A DNA stretch of 64,000 bases, from assembly GCA_044226485.1 (NCBI GenBank), contig JBGAGY010000002.1, positions 336,176-400,175 on the forward strand, read 5' to 3'. Position numbers and translations under genes: made by a program. The notes beneath the pieces are model-generated. The model was not told the origin of the DNA. It saw only the letters and a list, made by a program, of their open reading frames with translations, and did not search any database. Below are positions 1 to 9,417 of the stretch, in pieces. Position 1 is the stretch's first letter, and each line of letters starts with the position of its first letter. This DNA comes from Anaerolineales bacterium. Lineage in GTDB: Bacteria; Chloroflexota; Anaerolineae; Anaerolineales; UBA6663.

Positions 1-157
1 CGATGCGTTGAAGACGCCGGCCCGTCCGCCGTTGCCGCAAATCAACCCGAACGCGGGCAAGTCGACGACGGTTGGCGAAGAGCAAGCGGTCGAGGCTGAG
101 GCCGAAGCGAGTTCCGAAGACAAGAGCGGTGGACGCCGTCGACGTCGCCGCCGCTGA
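1..157 (+). CDS. 3' end of an unidentified gene (acidic/Pro-rich tail ending in poly-Arg)
   Basis: Open frame from base 2 (DALKTPARPP...KSGGRRRRRRR) to TGA at 155-157, followed by a terminator-like hairpin. Confidence 0.55.
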   Translation, partial: DALKTPARPPLPQINPNAGKSTTVGEEQAVEAEAEASSEDKSGGRRRRRRR

Positions 158-189
158 GAGTCGCTTGACGACGTAATCGAACATGATCA

Positions 190-222
190 GACAAAGGCCG
201 AGCGATGAGCTCGGCCTTTGTC
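190..222 (+). terminator. Rho-independent terminator-like hairpin
   Basis: GACAAAGGCCGAGC / GCTCGGCCTTTGTC perfect 14-bp stem, 5-nt loop. Confidence 0.7.
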
Positions 223-321
223 GTTATGCAAGGCCGACGCCAACCGTTACCATCGTAAACCCCGCCTAAATACCACGGAAAAACGGTTGCCCGGCGCTCG
301 CGATGCTTGTACAGTAAGCCT

Positions 322-1341
322 ATGACTTTGGCGAATCGGACCGCTCTCGAGCGGCTCCCGAAAATCGATCTTCATCGCCACCTCGAAGGCTCACTGCGTC
401 TGACCACGCTGGCCGAGATCGCGGCGCGCTATCGACTCGACCTCCCGCGTGAGGCGCAGACCCTGCGGCCGCTCGTGCAGATGACGCCATCGGATCCGCA
501 CACTCCGCGCGCCTTCCTTGACAAGTTCAACGTGCTGCGACGGTTTTATCTGTCGCCGGGCATCATCCGTCGACTGGCTTTCGAGGCCGTCGAAGATGCG
601 GCGCGCGACGGCGTACGCTACCTCGAACTTCGCTTCACACCCGCCGCCCTGGCGCGCACTCAGGGCTTCTCATTGCGCGATGTCATGAGTTGGGTGTCGG
701 CTGGCGCTGAAGATGCTCGACGACAGTATCCAGAGATCGAGCTGACGCTGATCGCCAGCGTCAATCGGCATGAACCTGTCGAACTGGCCGAGCAGGTGGT
801 CGCGCTCGCGACGGATCGTCAGCGCGACATCGCGGCCATCGACCTGGCCGGTGACGAAGCCAACTATCCGGCCGAGCCCTTCGCGGGCCTTTTCGCCGAA
901 GCGCGTCGCTCGGGTCTTGGAGTAACCTCCCACGCGGGTGAATGGTCCGGCGCGTCGTCGGTCCGACATGCGATCGAACGCCTGGGCGTGCGACGCATCG
1001 GCCATGGCGTACGCGTGATCGAGGATCCGGCCGTGGTGGCGCTGGCGCGCGAGCGCGATGTCGTGTTCGAGGTCAGCCTGACTTCGAACCTCGACACCGG
1101 CGTGGCGACGGGGCTCTCGCTGCATCCGCTGCCGCACATGCTGGCAGCCGGCCTGCGCGTGACGCTCAACACCGACGATCCGGGCATTTCGAATTGCACC
1201 CTGACCAGTGAACTCAGTCAGGCGCTTTTACTCCCCGGCATCACCGAGGACTCTCTTCACGGCATGGCCCTTGAGGCGGTGCAGGCGGCCTTCCAGCCCG
1301 AAGTGGCGCGACACGCCATGGGCCTGCTCGAGCCGGCCTAA
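322..1341 (+). CDS. add: Adenosine deaminase
   Basis: DLHRHLEGS, HAGE, RIGHG, NTDDP motifs; ATG 322 lies 6 nt after a -10-like TACAGT. Confidence 0.9.
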   Translation: MTLANRTALERLPKIDLHRHLEGSLRLTTLAEIAARYRLDLPREAQTLRPLVQMTPSDPHTPRAFLDKFNVLRRFYLSPGIIRRLAFEAVEDAARDGVRYLELRFTPAALARTQGFSLRDVMSWVSAGAEDARRQYPEIELTLIASVNRHEPVELAEQVVALATDRQRDIAAIDLAGDEANYPAEPFAGLFAEARRSGLGVTSHAGEWSGASSVRHAIERLGVRRIGHGVRVIEDPAVVALARERDVVFEVSLTSNLDTGVATGLSLHPLPHMLAAGLRVTLNTDDPGISNCTLTSELSQALLLPGITEDSLHGMALEAVQAAFQPEVARHAMGLLEPA

Positions 1342-2288
1342 ACAACCGAAGATCCGAAAAGCAAAGAGCGTGGAGCGACGGATGAATGGACATTCATCCG
1401 TCGCTGTTTGACGGCCGCGCGCAGCAGGTCGCGGGCGCCGGCATCGGGCACCGAGTCGATATCGCTGTAGCTCGCACCGTCGAGCTCGAACGACACCAAT
1501 CCTTCAGGTGAGCCAGCGACGCGCAGGCCGCGCCCGGCCAGCGGGCTGACCGCCGTCAGATCCTGCAACAGGTTGTCGATCTGCTGCGCGATGGTCAGCT
1601 CCGGAGCCTCGGGCACTGCGTTCAGCTGCTTGACGACCTTGTACTGCTGGAACGGGTTCATCGAGGGAAGCCGCATGGCCCCGGTCGCCGCGGGCGCCGG
1701 CGCCGGTCGCACGACCGAGATGGGCTGAGCCGGGACAGGGCCGGGCTCTCCGCTCACGGTTGGGGCGGGGCCGGCCGGCAGGGCGGCAGCGGCGCGGGTC
1801 TGGCCAAGAAAGATCAACAGGTCACGCGTCGAGCCCAACAGGAGTCGTTGGTGTTCGGGCCGCCGGACGTCGCGAGCCGAGGCGTAAACATCCGATCCGA
1901 TTCCCACCCTCAGCTGTCCGGTGGCCGGGTCGCGCAGCAGCTGCAGCGCATCGAGTGAGTAGGCCGATGATGCCGGCGCGGCGTCGGGTGTCTCCACGAC
2001 GGTGTGGGAGGCCTCGGGCAGCGATGGGGCGGCCGGGATGTCCTCAGCGGGCTGCGCCGCGGTCATCGGCGCGGCAACGTCGGGTGTCGGCAGTGTCGCG
2101 ACCGACAGTGCGAGGGCGTCGGCCATGGGCGGCGCCTCGGACGTAGTGGGGCTCAGGGCGGCCAGCTTGCGGTCCGTTTCCCTGCGCCACATCGACCAGC
2201 CAATGACGATCAGGGCAAGGCAGAGCACAAAGGCCACGCCCAGGCCGATCAGGATCGGCATCGCATTGTTGACCATCAGATCCGCCAT
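1338..2288 (-). CDS. Membrane-anchored hypothetical protein with Pro/Ala-rich linkers
   Basis: 316-aa ORF, single N-terminal hydrophobic helix, directly downstream of mutM. Confidence 0.7.
   Translation of the reverse strand: MADLMVNNAMPILIGLGVAFVLCLALIVIGWSMWRRETDRKLAALSPTTSEAPPMADALALSVATLPTPDVAAPMTAAQPAEDIPAAPSLPEASHTVVETPDAAPASSAYSLDALQLLRDPATGQLRVGIGSDVYASARDVRRPEHQRLLLGSTRDLLIFLGQTRAAAALPAGPAPTVSGEPGPVPAQPISVVRPAPAPAATGAMRLPSMNPFQQYKVVKQLNAVPEAPELTIAQQIDNLLQDLTAVSPLAGRGLRVAGSPEGLVSFELDGASYSDIDSVPDAGARDLLRAAVKQRRMNVHSSVAPRSLLFGSSVV
1374..1405. repeat. REP-like perfect hairpin inside the 3' end of the 1338-2288 ORF
   Basis: AGCGACGGATGAATG-ga-CATTCATCCGTCGCT, 15-bp stem. Confidence 0.7.
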
Positions 2289-2300
2289 GGTTCGTGCTCC

Positions 2301-3194
2301 TCATCCTCGCTGCAGCACGCGTCGAGTGCGACGCGCCGCTGCAGCCACCCAATCGACGCCGGGGCCTTTCAGCGGCTGACAGACCGGGCAGAAATGCGTG
2401 CTCCGCTGCCCGACGACGATGCGCCGGATCGTGCCTGTGCAGCCGGGGCGCTGGCAGGGCCGATCAGCGCGACCATAGGCCCGCAGAACTTCCTGATACT
2501 GGCCGCCGCGATACTGCCAGTCGATGCTGGCGCCGTTGCGGGCCAGGCCGTCCATCAACGCCTGACGCAGGCTCTTCCAGAGACCTCGCACCTCGCGCGG
2601 CGTAAGCGTGTCGCTGCGCCGCAGCGGATGCAGACCGGCCAGGTGCAGGGCCTCATCCGCATAGATGTTGCCAACGCCTGCCAGGAACGTCTGATCGAGC
2701 AGCAGCGGCTTCAGCGCTCGCTGCCTCGCCTTCAGGCGCTCAGCCAACACGGCCGGCGTGAACGACTCATCGAGCGGCTCCGGACCCAGGTCACCGAGCA
2801 CCTCGTCTGTCTCGAGCACGACCCAGATCTTGCCGAACTTGCGCGTGTCGCTGAAGCGCAGCTCGGAACCGTCTGCGAAATGGAAGACGGTGTGAGCGTG
2901 TTTGTCAGGCGGTGCATCACCGGGCACCACCATCAGGTCGCCGCTCATCCGCAGGTGCACGAGCAGCCGATCCCGCGTCAGGCCGATCACGATGACCTTG
3001 CCGCGCCGGCCGACGGACTGAACCTGCTGCCCCCGCAGCCGGTCTTCGATCTCATGCGCCGCCGGCCTCGCGATCTGGCGCGGCCAGCGAACGGTCACGC
3101 GCTCGATCACGCGCCCCAAGATCGATGGCCCGCGTCCTGCCGAACCATCCCTCAACTCCCGTGCGACAGTGTCGACTTCAGGCAATTCAGGCAT
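2301..3194 (-). CDS. mutM: Formamidopyrimidine-DNA glycosylase (Fpg)
   Basis: N-terminal MPELPEV, RRGK, HLRMSG, GVGNIYADE (H2TH), C-terminal zinc finger ending CPVCQ. Confidence 0.95.
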   Translation of the reverse strand: MPELPEVDTVARELRDGSAGRGPSILGRVIERVTVRWPRQIARPAAHEIEDRLRGQQVQSVGRRGKVIVIGLTRDRLLVHLRMSGDLMVVPGDAPPDKHAHTVFHFADGSELRFSDTRKFGKIWVVLETDEVLGDLGPEPLDESFTPAVLAERLKARQRALKPLLLDQTFLAGVGNIYADEALHLAGLHPLRRSDTLTPREVRGLWKSLRQALMDGLARNGASIDWQYRGGQYQEVLRAYGRADRPCQRPGCTGTIRRIVVGQRSTHFCPVCQPLKGPGVDWVAAAARRTRRVLQRG

Positions 3195-3303
3195 GGCGAG
3201 ATTATAGGCGCGGGCCTCGCCGATGACTGTTTTATGTCCTCAGTCTATCGGCGCCGGCCGCCAGACGGCCGAAAATCCGCATAAAGGGTTGCAAAAAAAG
3301 TGC

Positions 3304-3435
3304 CGGGGCGAAGGGCGAAGGGCGAAGGGCTATACAAACATCTCTCCCCGCTCCCGGCTCCCCACTAACCGCTCCTCGCTCCTCACTCCTCGCGCTTCGC
3401 GCTTCGCTCCTCGCCCCTCGCGCTTCGCCCCTCGA
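3304..3435. repeat. Heptamer tandem/inverted repeat cluster
   Basis: (GGGCGAA)x3 followed by a run of complementary-type units (CTCCTCG, CGCTTCG, CCCCTCG). Confidence 0.8.
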
Positions 3436-3472
3436 TTTTCGCTCTCCCGGGGGTATGCTTGCCTGAACTCCT

Positions 3473-4687
3473 ATGACACGCGACATCACTCTCCTCTTCA
3501 CCACCCGCATCGTACGGTTGTTCGCTTACGGCTTCCTGTCGGTCGTGTTGGTGTTGTATCTGACGGAAGCTGGCCTGAGTGAGTCGCAGGCCGGGCTGCT
3601 CCTGACCTTCACGCTCGCCGGGGATGCGGCTGTCACGCTCTGGTTGACGACCTCGGCCGATCGCTTCGGGCGGCGCCGCACGCTGATCGTCGGCGCGCTG
3701 CTGATGGTGTTGGCCGGCGTCGTGTTCCTGCTCACCCGCGACCCGATCGTGCTGGCAGTGGCCGCCATCGTGGGCGTGATCAGCCCGAGCGGCAATGAGA
3801 TCGGGCCCTTCCTGTCGGTCGAACAGGCCGGCCTGACGCAACTGGTGACCGACAAGGCGCGCACGCAGACCTTCGCCTGGTACAACCTGGTCGGTTCTTT
3901 CGCGACGGCGCTCGGCGCGTTGGCCGGCGGCTGGCTTGCCCAGATCCTTCAGTCGCGGGGCTTCTCGGCGCTCGAGTCGTACCGCGCTGTGCTGATCGGC
4001 TATGCGGTGGCGGGTGGCGTGATCGGCGCCTGCTTCCTGGCGCTGTCGCCGGCGGTCGAAGCGCCGGCCGCTCAGGCCCCGGCGCGCCGGACGCTCGGCC
4101 TACACAAGTCGCGTCAGGTCGTGCTCAAGCTGTCGGCCTTCTTTGCGCTCGACGCGTTTGCCGGCGGCTTCATCGTGCAGAGCTTCATGGCGCTCTGGTT
4201 CCACACGCGCTTTGGCGTGGACACGGGCGTGATCGGCAGCATCTTCTTCGGCGCTAACGTGCTGGCCGGGATCTCGGCCCTGCTCGCCGCCGGCATCGCC
4301 CGTCGGATCGGCCTGATCAACACCATGGTCTTCACGCACATCCCGTCGAACGTGCTGTTGATGCTTGTGCCGTTGATGCCGAACCTGCCGCTCGCGATCA
4401 TCGTCCTTCTGGCTCGCTTCAGCATCTCGCAGATGGACGTGCCCACGCGTCAGTCGTACACCATGGCCGTGGTCGATCCCGACGAACGCTCCGCCGCCGC
4501 GGGCGTCACCGCCATCGCGCGGTCGGTCGGAGCCTCGCTCTCGCCGTCGCTGGCCGGTTTGATGCTCGGCGTGCCTGCCCTGTTCAGCCTCCCGATATTC
4601 CTGTGCGGCGGCCTCAAGATCGTCTACGACCTGGCGCTCTGGCGCGAGTTCCGGCGAGTTAAACCACCTGAGGAACGAGGAGCGTAG
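3473..4687 (+). CDS. MFS transporter
   Basis: About 12 hydrophobic segments; motif A (ADRFGRRR). Confidence 0.9.
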   Translation: MTRDITLLFTTRIVRLFAYGFLSVVLVLYLTEAGLSESQAGLLLTFTLAGDAAVTLWLTTSADRFGRRRTLIVGALLMVLAGVVFLLTRDPIVLAVAAIVGVISPSGNEIGPFLSVEQAGLTQLVTDKARTQTFAWYNLVGSFATALGALAGGWLAQILQSRGFSALESYRAVLIGYAVAGGVIGACFLALSPAVEAPAAQAPARRTLGLHKSRQVVLKLSAFFALDAFAGGFIVQSFMALWFHTRFGVDTGVIGSIFFGANVLAGISALLAAGIARRIGLINTMVFTHIPSNVLLMLVPLMPNLPLAIIVLLARFSISQMDVPTRQSYTMAVVDPDERSAAAGVTAIARSVGASLSPSLAGLMLGVPALFSLPIFLCGGLKIVYDLALWREFRRVKPPEERGA

Positions 4688-4727
4688 GGCGAATAGCGCG
4701 GTAGCGTTCGCCCCTCGCCCCTCGTTC
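4670..4727. repeat. Heptamer inverted-repeat element between convergent genes
   Basis: 4697-4724 is the exact reverse complement of 8009-8036 (28 nt). Confidence 0.8.
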
Positions 4728-6196
4728 TATGCCCTCGTTGTGACCCGCAACGTTCGAAGTAAGGGGTCTTCCGGCCCGACGAGGCGGACGCCGTGGGCGA
4801 TCTGGGCGCGCAGGAAGGCGACGTGCTCGGCGGCGATGAGTTCGCCGGGCAGCAGCAGCGGGATGCCAGGGGGATACGGCATCACCTGCTCGCCGCAGAT
4901 GCGACCGATGGCTTCGGCCAACGGCACAGCGGTTGTCGGGGCGCCGAAGGCCTGGCGCGGGGTCAGGGCCATGGTCGGGATGGGCGGCACGTCGATGGTG
5001 TCGAGTTCGCGCGTGGCGGAGGCTTCGCGCGGCCTCGCCGCCTGCGCCAACGCGACCAGCAAGGCATCGATCGACTCGTCATCGTCAGCCACCGTGATCG
5101 AACACACCACGTGAGCGGGATCCGCGAACTCGACGTCGAGGCGGCTCTGCGCCCGCAAACGGGCCTGGAGCTGGGTGCCGGTCAGGCCGCTGCCGCGTGT
5201 GTCGATCACGAGCTTCGAGGGATCGTGGGCCGCGATGCCGTGCTCGGCGTCGATCAACTCAGGGCCGTAGCAGTCGAGGCCGGGGATCGATCGAATCGAC
5301 TCTCTCGCGCGAGCCGCCAGCGCAATGACGCGGCCCAACAGTCGTCGGCCATCCAGCGCCATCTGGCGGCGGACCACGTCGAGCGAGCCGGTCAGCAGCA
5401 CGCTCGGCGACGATGATTGCAGCAACGCCAGCGCCTGCGTCAACACGGTTGGGGCAACTCGAACGCCGGTCACGTGCAGCCAGGCCGCCTGGGTGAACGC
5501 GCCGAGCGTCTTGTGCGGGCTCTGAACGACGACGTCAGCACCATGTTGAACCGCCGAACGCGGCAGCAGCGGATGGAAGCCGAGGTGCGCGCCGTGCGCC
5601 TCGTCGACCAGCAGCGGCAGACTTCGTTCATGCGCGAGGGCGACGAGTCCTGGCACATCGGGCAGGTAGCCGTAGTAGTTGATACCCGTGATGTGTATCG
5701 CTGCCGCATCGGGGTGTGCTGACAGGGCCTCGGCCGCGGCGCCCGTGGTCACGGCCAGCGGCAGCCCGGTGCGCGGATGCACGCTGGCCGGCACATAGAT
5801 CGGGTGAGCACCCGAGAGGATAAGGCCCGCGTACACCGATCGATGCGAGGCGCGTGACACGATCACCTTATCGCCTTCACGCGCCGCAGCGAGCAGCATC
5901 GCCTGATTGCCGACTGTGGCCCCGTTGACGAGGAAATGGGTCGTGTCAGCGCCGACAAGTTCGGCCGCCAAAGCCATGGCTTCGGTCAGGGCCGGCCCGG
6001 GCGAGTGCAGGTAATCGACCGTCGGGCTGCATTCGTTCAGGTCCGCGCGTGCCCACTCAGGTCCGAGGTATTCGACGAGATCCGGCAGCAGATCCGCCCG
6101 AAACTTGTGTCCGGGCATGTGAAACGATAGTGCGGCGAAGGCCTTCTCGGCCAGCAAAGCTTCGAAGAACGGCGCGCGGGTCTGGTCCAGGGTCAT
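4727..6196 (-). CDS. Orn/Lys/Arg decarboxylase family PLP enzyme
   Basis: FHMPGHK, FLVNGAT, VDEAHGAH, QSPHKTL (PLP lysine), PYPPGIP; ATG 6196 lies 6 nt after TATCAT. Confidence 0.9.
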   Translation of the reverse strand: MTLDQTRAPFFEALLAEKAFAALSFHMPGHKFRADLLPDLVEYLGPEWARADLNECSPTVDYLHSPGPALTEAMALAAELVGADTTHFLVNGATVGNQAMLLAAAREGDKVIVSRASHRSVYAGLILSGAHPIYVPASVHPRTGLPLAVTTGAAAEALSAHPDAAAIHITGINYYGYLPDVPGLVALAHERSLPLLVDEAHGAHLGFHPLLPRSAVQHGADVVVQSPHKTLGAFTQAAWLHVTGVRVAPTVLTQALALLQSSSPSVLLTGSLDVVRRQMALDGRRLLGRVIALAARARESIRSIPGLDCYGPELIDAEHGIAAHDPSKLVIDTRGSGLTGTQLQARLRAQSRLDVEFADPAHVVCSITVADDDESIDALLVALAQAARPREASATRELDTIDVPPIPTMALTPRQAFGAPTTAVPLAEAIGRICGEQVMPYPPGIPLLLPGELIAAEHVAFLRAQIAHGVRLVGPEDPLLRTLRVTTRA

Positions 6197-6224
6197 GCCT
6201 GCATGATAAAGCAGACCGGATGGA

Positions 6225-6322
6225 AGCCACGAATTTCGCAAGTTGCGCGAAGCCAGCATCGAACACAACCCGCCTTGTCCACGCTTCGGGCTCATTCGGT
6301 TCGATTCGCGAGAGTCGTGGCT
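6225..6322. repeat. Degenerate nonamer-type inverted-repeat element
   Basis: AGCCACGAATTTCGC ... GCGAGAGTCGTGGCT imperfect arms resembling the 9303-9399 element. Confidence 0.55.
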
Positions 6323-6328
6323 CAGAAC

Positions 6329-7903
6329 TCAGTCCCGGCTCAATGCGCTCAGCGCCTCCTGACGCGCCCAGGACCAGGACCAGAAGCCATCGGCTTTCCA
6401 GGTGGCTTCGAGCGCGACGCGGCGGTCGGCGAGGGTCTGCTGCGCCTCGGCGCGCACGTCCGGATCGGCATGACTGAGCAACGGGATCAGTTCAGGCACG
6501 GCGTCGTCCGAGAGCGAGAGCACATAGAGGTAATCGAAGCTGTCGCCGTAGCGACTGTCGGGTTCGTCGGGCGTGACCGTCTTGAGCAGATCGCGCTTGA
6601 TGTTTTCGCGTGCGATGAGCCCATCGAGGTTGATGACGTCGAGCGTGACGATGAATCCCATCACCGCCACAAGCCCGCCGAGCGCGATCAGGCGTGGTCG
6701 ATCGAGCAGCACCGTGACGGCATAGGCGACCAGCACGACCGCGAGCCAGATCATGAACACCTGCGTCAGCACGCGCAGTTCCGTGAAGCCGTAAGCCTCT
6801 TCATAGAGGCGCATGCGTGTGAACGCCGAGGCCAACAGCACGCCGGTCTGCAGGACGAGCAGGATGGCGAGCAGCTTGAAACCGAGCGACGCGTAAGTGG
6901 ACTTCAAGGACGTCAATCGTTGCAGGATCAGGCCGAGGGCGAGCACGATCAGGGCGACCGCCACGAGTTCGCCGAAGCCACGGCGTGCGTAGTCGGCGTA
7001 GGTGAAGCCGGCTTCCGTGATGTTGGCCTCGCCGCCGAACAGGTAGCGGGCCTGAAAGATTCCGAACGCCAGAAACAACCCGTTGACCGAGAAGAGGATG
7101 ACGGCCGCCTCGGTGAACCCGAGCACAGACCATGTGTGTGCCTTCCCCGTATCGGCCGGCGCGGCCCGCTGCCGCAACGCCAGTGTGAGAAACCCGAGCG
7201 CCGCCCACGCCGCGAGCGCGGCGAAGACGAGGCGGGCAGTCACCAGCCCGAGGTCATCGAGCCCGAGCGCCTTGAGCACGTCGCGGACCGATTGGCCGAA
7301 CGCCAGGTCTGCCACCGCCAGCAACGCCGTCAACACGAGCACGACCGGGATTGCCAGCAAGAGGCCTCGCGCCAGTGACCAGAGCCATGGGCTGCGGCTC
7401 GTGTTTCGCGATTGCCGCGACGCAGCGAGCATGGCCTCGCCTGGTTGTAGCAGGCCGCCCTCCACCAATCCGCCCAACGCCAACGCGAGGTATCCCCCGA
7501 CGCCTTGCGTGAACAGATCCGGGCGGGTGAAGACCTTCGCCAACAGAACGGTCAGGCCGATCACGGCTGAGACATTGAGGAATTGGATGAAGGGATTAGC
7601 GCGCCAGGCGACTGACGCTCCAAAGAAGAGCAGCGGCACCACCAGCCAGATACTGCGCCAGGCCGGCCTGACCCGTTCCGCGGCCGCCAGAGCGAGCAAG
7701 GCAACGATGCCCACCGCTGACAGCACGGTCACATTGAGGCCAACGGCACGCCAGATCAAGGCGAAGGAAGCCAGCAGGCCGAGCCCGGTTGCCACAGTGG
7801 CCAGCCGCAGCGCGTCGAGCGTGAACGGCGCTGGCGGAACGACGGGACGGGGCGTTGCCTGGCTTTGGGCCGCCTCAGGAGCAGCATCGGTGGAAAGGGT
7901 CAT
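6329..7903 (-). CDS. DUF4153/DUF4173-like polytopic membrane protein
   Basis: Many TM helices; TYADYARRGFGEL, RMRLYEEAYGFTELR, YLYVLSLSDDAVP motifs. Confidence 0.8.
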   Translation of the reverse strand: MTLSTDAAPEAAQSQATPRPVVPPAPFTLDALRLATVATGLGLLASFALIWRAVGLNVTVLSAVGIVALLALAAAERVRPAWRSIWLVVPLLFFGASVAWRANPFIQFLNVSAVIGLTVLLAKVFTRPDLFTQGVGGYLALALGGLVEGGLLQPGEAMLAASRQSRNTSRSPWLWSLARGLLLAIPVVLVLTALLAVADLAFGQSVRDVLKALGLDDLGLVTARLVFAALAAWAALGFLTLALRQRAAPADTGKAHTWSVLGFTEAAVILFSVNGLFLAFGIFQARYLFGGEANITEAGFTYADYARRGFGELVAVALIVLALGLILQRLTSLKSTYASLGFKLLAILLVLQTGVLLASAFTRMRLYEEAYGFTELRVLTQVFMIWLAVVLVAYAVTVLLDRPRLIALGGLVAVMGFIVTLDVINLDGLIARENIKRDLLKTVTPDEPDSRYGDSFDYLYVLSLSDDAVPELIPLLSHADPDVRAEAQQTLADRRVALEATWKADGFWSWSWARQEALSALSRD

Positions 7904-7996
7904 GGCGATCGGTCTCCAGGAGAATGACCCATGTTGCCTCACGCCCCACCACGGCGGCAAGCACGCGCGGATGTGGGCTCAGGCACTTGAGTGCGT

Positions 7997-8065
7997 GGGG
8001 GCGAGGAGCGAGGGGCGAGGGGCGAACGCTACCGCGACCCTCGCCCTTCGCCCTTCGCTCCTCGA
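7997..8065. repeat. Heptamer inverted-repeat element
   Basis: About four GGCGAGG-type units, spacer AACGCTACCGCG, about four CCTTCGC-type units. Confidence 0.85.
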
Positions 8066-8097
8066 CTAAAATACGCCCCGAGGAAGGGGACCCCACC

Positions 8098-8754
8098 ATG
8101 CCCGTGCGCCGAACCGATCCGCTCGCCCATTTCGTTGCCGCCCTGACGCCTTCGGAGCGCAGGCTCTGGCGATCGCTCACCACGCCGACCAAGATCCAGA
8201 CGTTCCTGGACTCGATCCCTTACACGGGCGAAGAGCGCTATCGCTGCCCGCTGACGTTCCTGCGAGACCGAACGGGACATTGCTTCGACGGGGCGTTGTT
8301 CGCGGCGGCGGCGTTGCGCGCGATAGGCTATCCGCCCCTGTGGATCGACCTGATCCCGGGCGACGACGACGATCACATCCTGGCTCTTTTCAAACGCAAC
8401 GGCTGCTGGGGCGCCGTAGCGAAGTCGAACTTCAGCGGGCTGCGCTATCGCGAGCCCGTGTATCGATCGCTGCGCGAACTGGTGATGAGCTACTTTGAGG
8501 ATTACTTCAATTTGAAGGGCAAGCGCGCGTTGCGCGGCTACACCCGGCCGCTGAACCTGGCGACGTTCGACTCGATCGACTGGCTATGCTCGGACGAGCG
8601 CCTTGACGATATCGGCGTGGCGCTCGGCGAGATCAAGTCTTACAAGCTGCTGACGCAGGCGCAGGTGCGCGCGTTGACGCCCGTCGACGAGCGCTCGTTC
8701 AACGCCGCCGCCCTGGGCGCGAACCTGGCCGAGTCGTACATGCCCGCCGATTGA
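8098..8754 (+). CDS. Conserved hypothetical protein, possible transglutaminase/papain-like fold
   Basis: RBS-like GGAAGGGG then ATG 8098; HCFDGALFAAAAL ... DDDHILALF ... WGAVAKSN. Confidence 0.7.
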   Translation: MPVRRTDPLAHFVAALTPSERRLWRSLTTPTKIQTFLDSIPYTGEERYRCPLTFLRDRTGHCFDGALFAAAALRAIGYPPLWIDLIPGDDDDHILALFKRNGCWGAVAKSNFSGLRYREPVYRSLRELVMSYFEDYFNLKGKRALRGYTRPLNLATFDSIDWLCSDERLDDIGVALGEIKSYKLLTQAQVRALTPVDERSFNAAALGANLAESYMPAD

Positions 8755-8782
8755 TCGCGGGCGCGCTCACGATCCGAGTGGC

Positions 8783-9238
8783 TCAGTCGCGCACTTCAAC
8801 GATCAACTCGACCTCGACTGCGTAGTTGTAGGGGATGGTCATGCCGACGGCGCTGCGCGCATGCCGGCCGGCTTCACCAAAGACTTCGAGCAGCAGATCG
8901 CTGCAGCCATGGATCACGTCAGGCGTCGCGTCGAAGTCGGGCGCCACGTTGACCATGCCGAGGACCTTGACGACGCGCACCATGTTGTCGAGCGAGCCGG
9001 TCAGGCTCTTGACGGCACGCAGGGCCGCGACCGTCGCCAAACGGGCAGCTTTGTAACCGTCCTCGATGGAGAGATCGCGCCCGACCTTGCCTTTGATCTC
9101 TTCACCCGCCCAAGAGCTGACGGCCCCGGCTGTGTAGACCAGGTTGCCCGTGCGCACTGCGCGCATAAAACGCCCGCTGTTGAGATCCCCGACGTCGACG
9201 CTGTAGCCCAGTTCGGTGAGTTTGGCTTCGTAGGTCAT
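8783..9238 (-). CDS. RidA/YjgF family protein
   Basis: RVVKVLGMVN, GCSDLL, GRHARSAVG, VEVELIVEV; ATG 9238 lies 6 nt after TAGAAT. Confidence 0.9.
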   Translation of the reverse strand: MTYEAKLTELGYSVDVGDLNSGRFMRAVRTGNLVYTAGAVSSWAGEEIKGKVGRDLSIEDGYKAARLATVAALRAVKSLTGSLDNMVRVVKVLGMVNVAPDFDATPDVIHGCSDLLLEVFGEAGRHARSAVGMTIPYNYAVEVELIVEVRD

Positions 9239-9302
9239 GGCCACATTCTATCGGCAAATCACCGAACATGACCGCGATTGAGGAAGGATCAGAATAAGGT
9301 CA

Positions 9303-9399
9303 GCCGCGGATTTCGCGGATTTCGCAAAACGTTGTGATGATCAACCCTATTGACGTTGACTCAACAATCATCATCTGCGAAATCCGCGAAATCCGCGGC
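9303..9399. repeat. Nonamer-type inverted-repeat element
   Basis: GCCGCGGATTTCGCGGATTTCGCA (9303-9326) and its perfect reverse complement (9376-9399) around a 49-nt AT-richer spacer. Confidence 0.9.
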
Positions 9400-9417
9400 C
9401 AAGAAAAGCCGCCGGTG

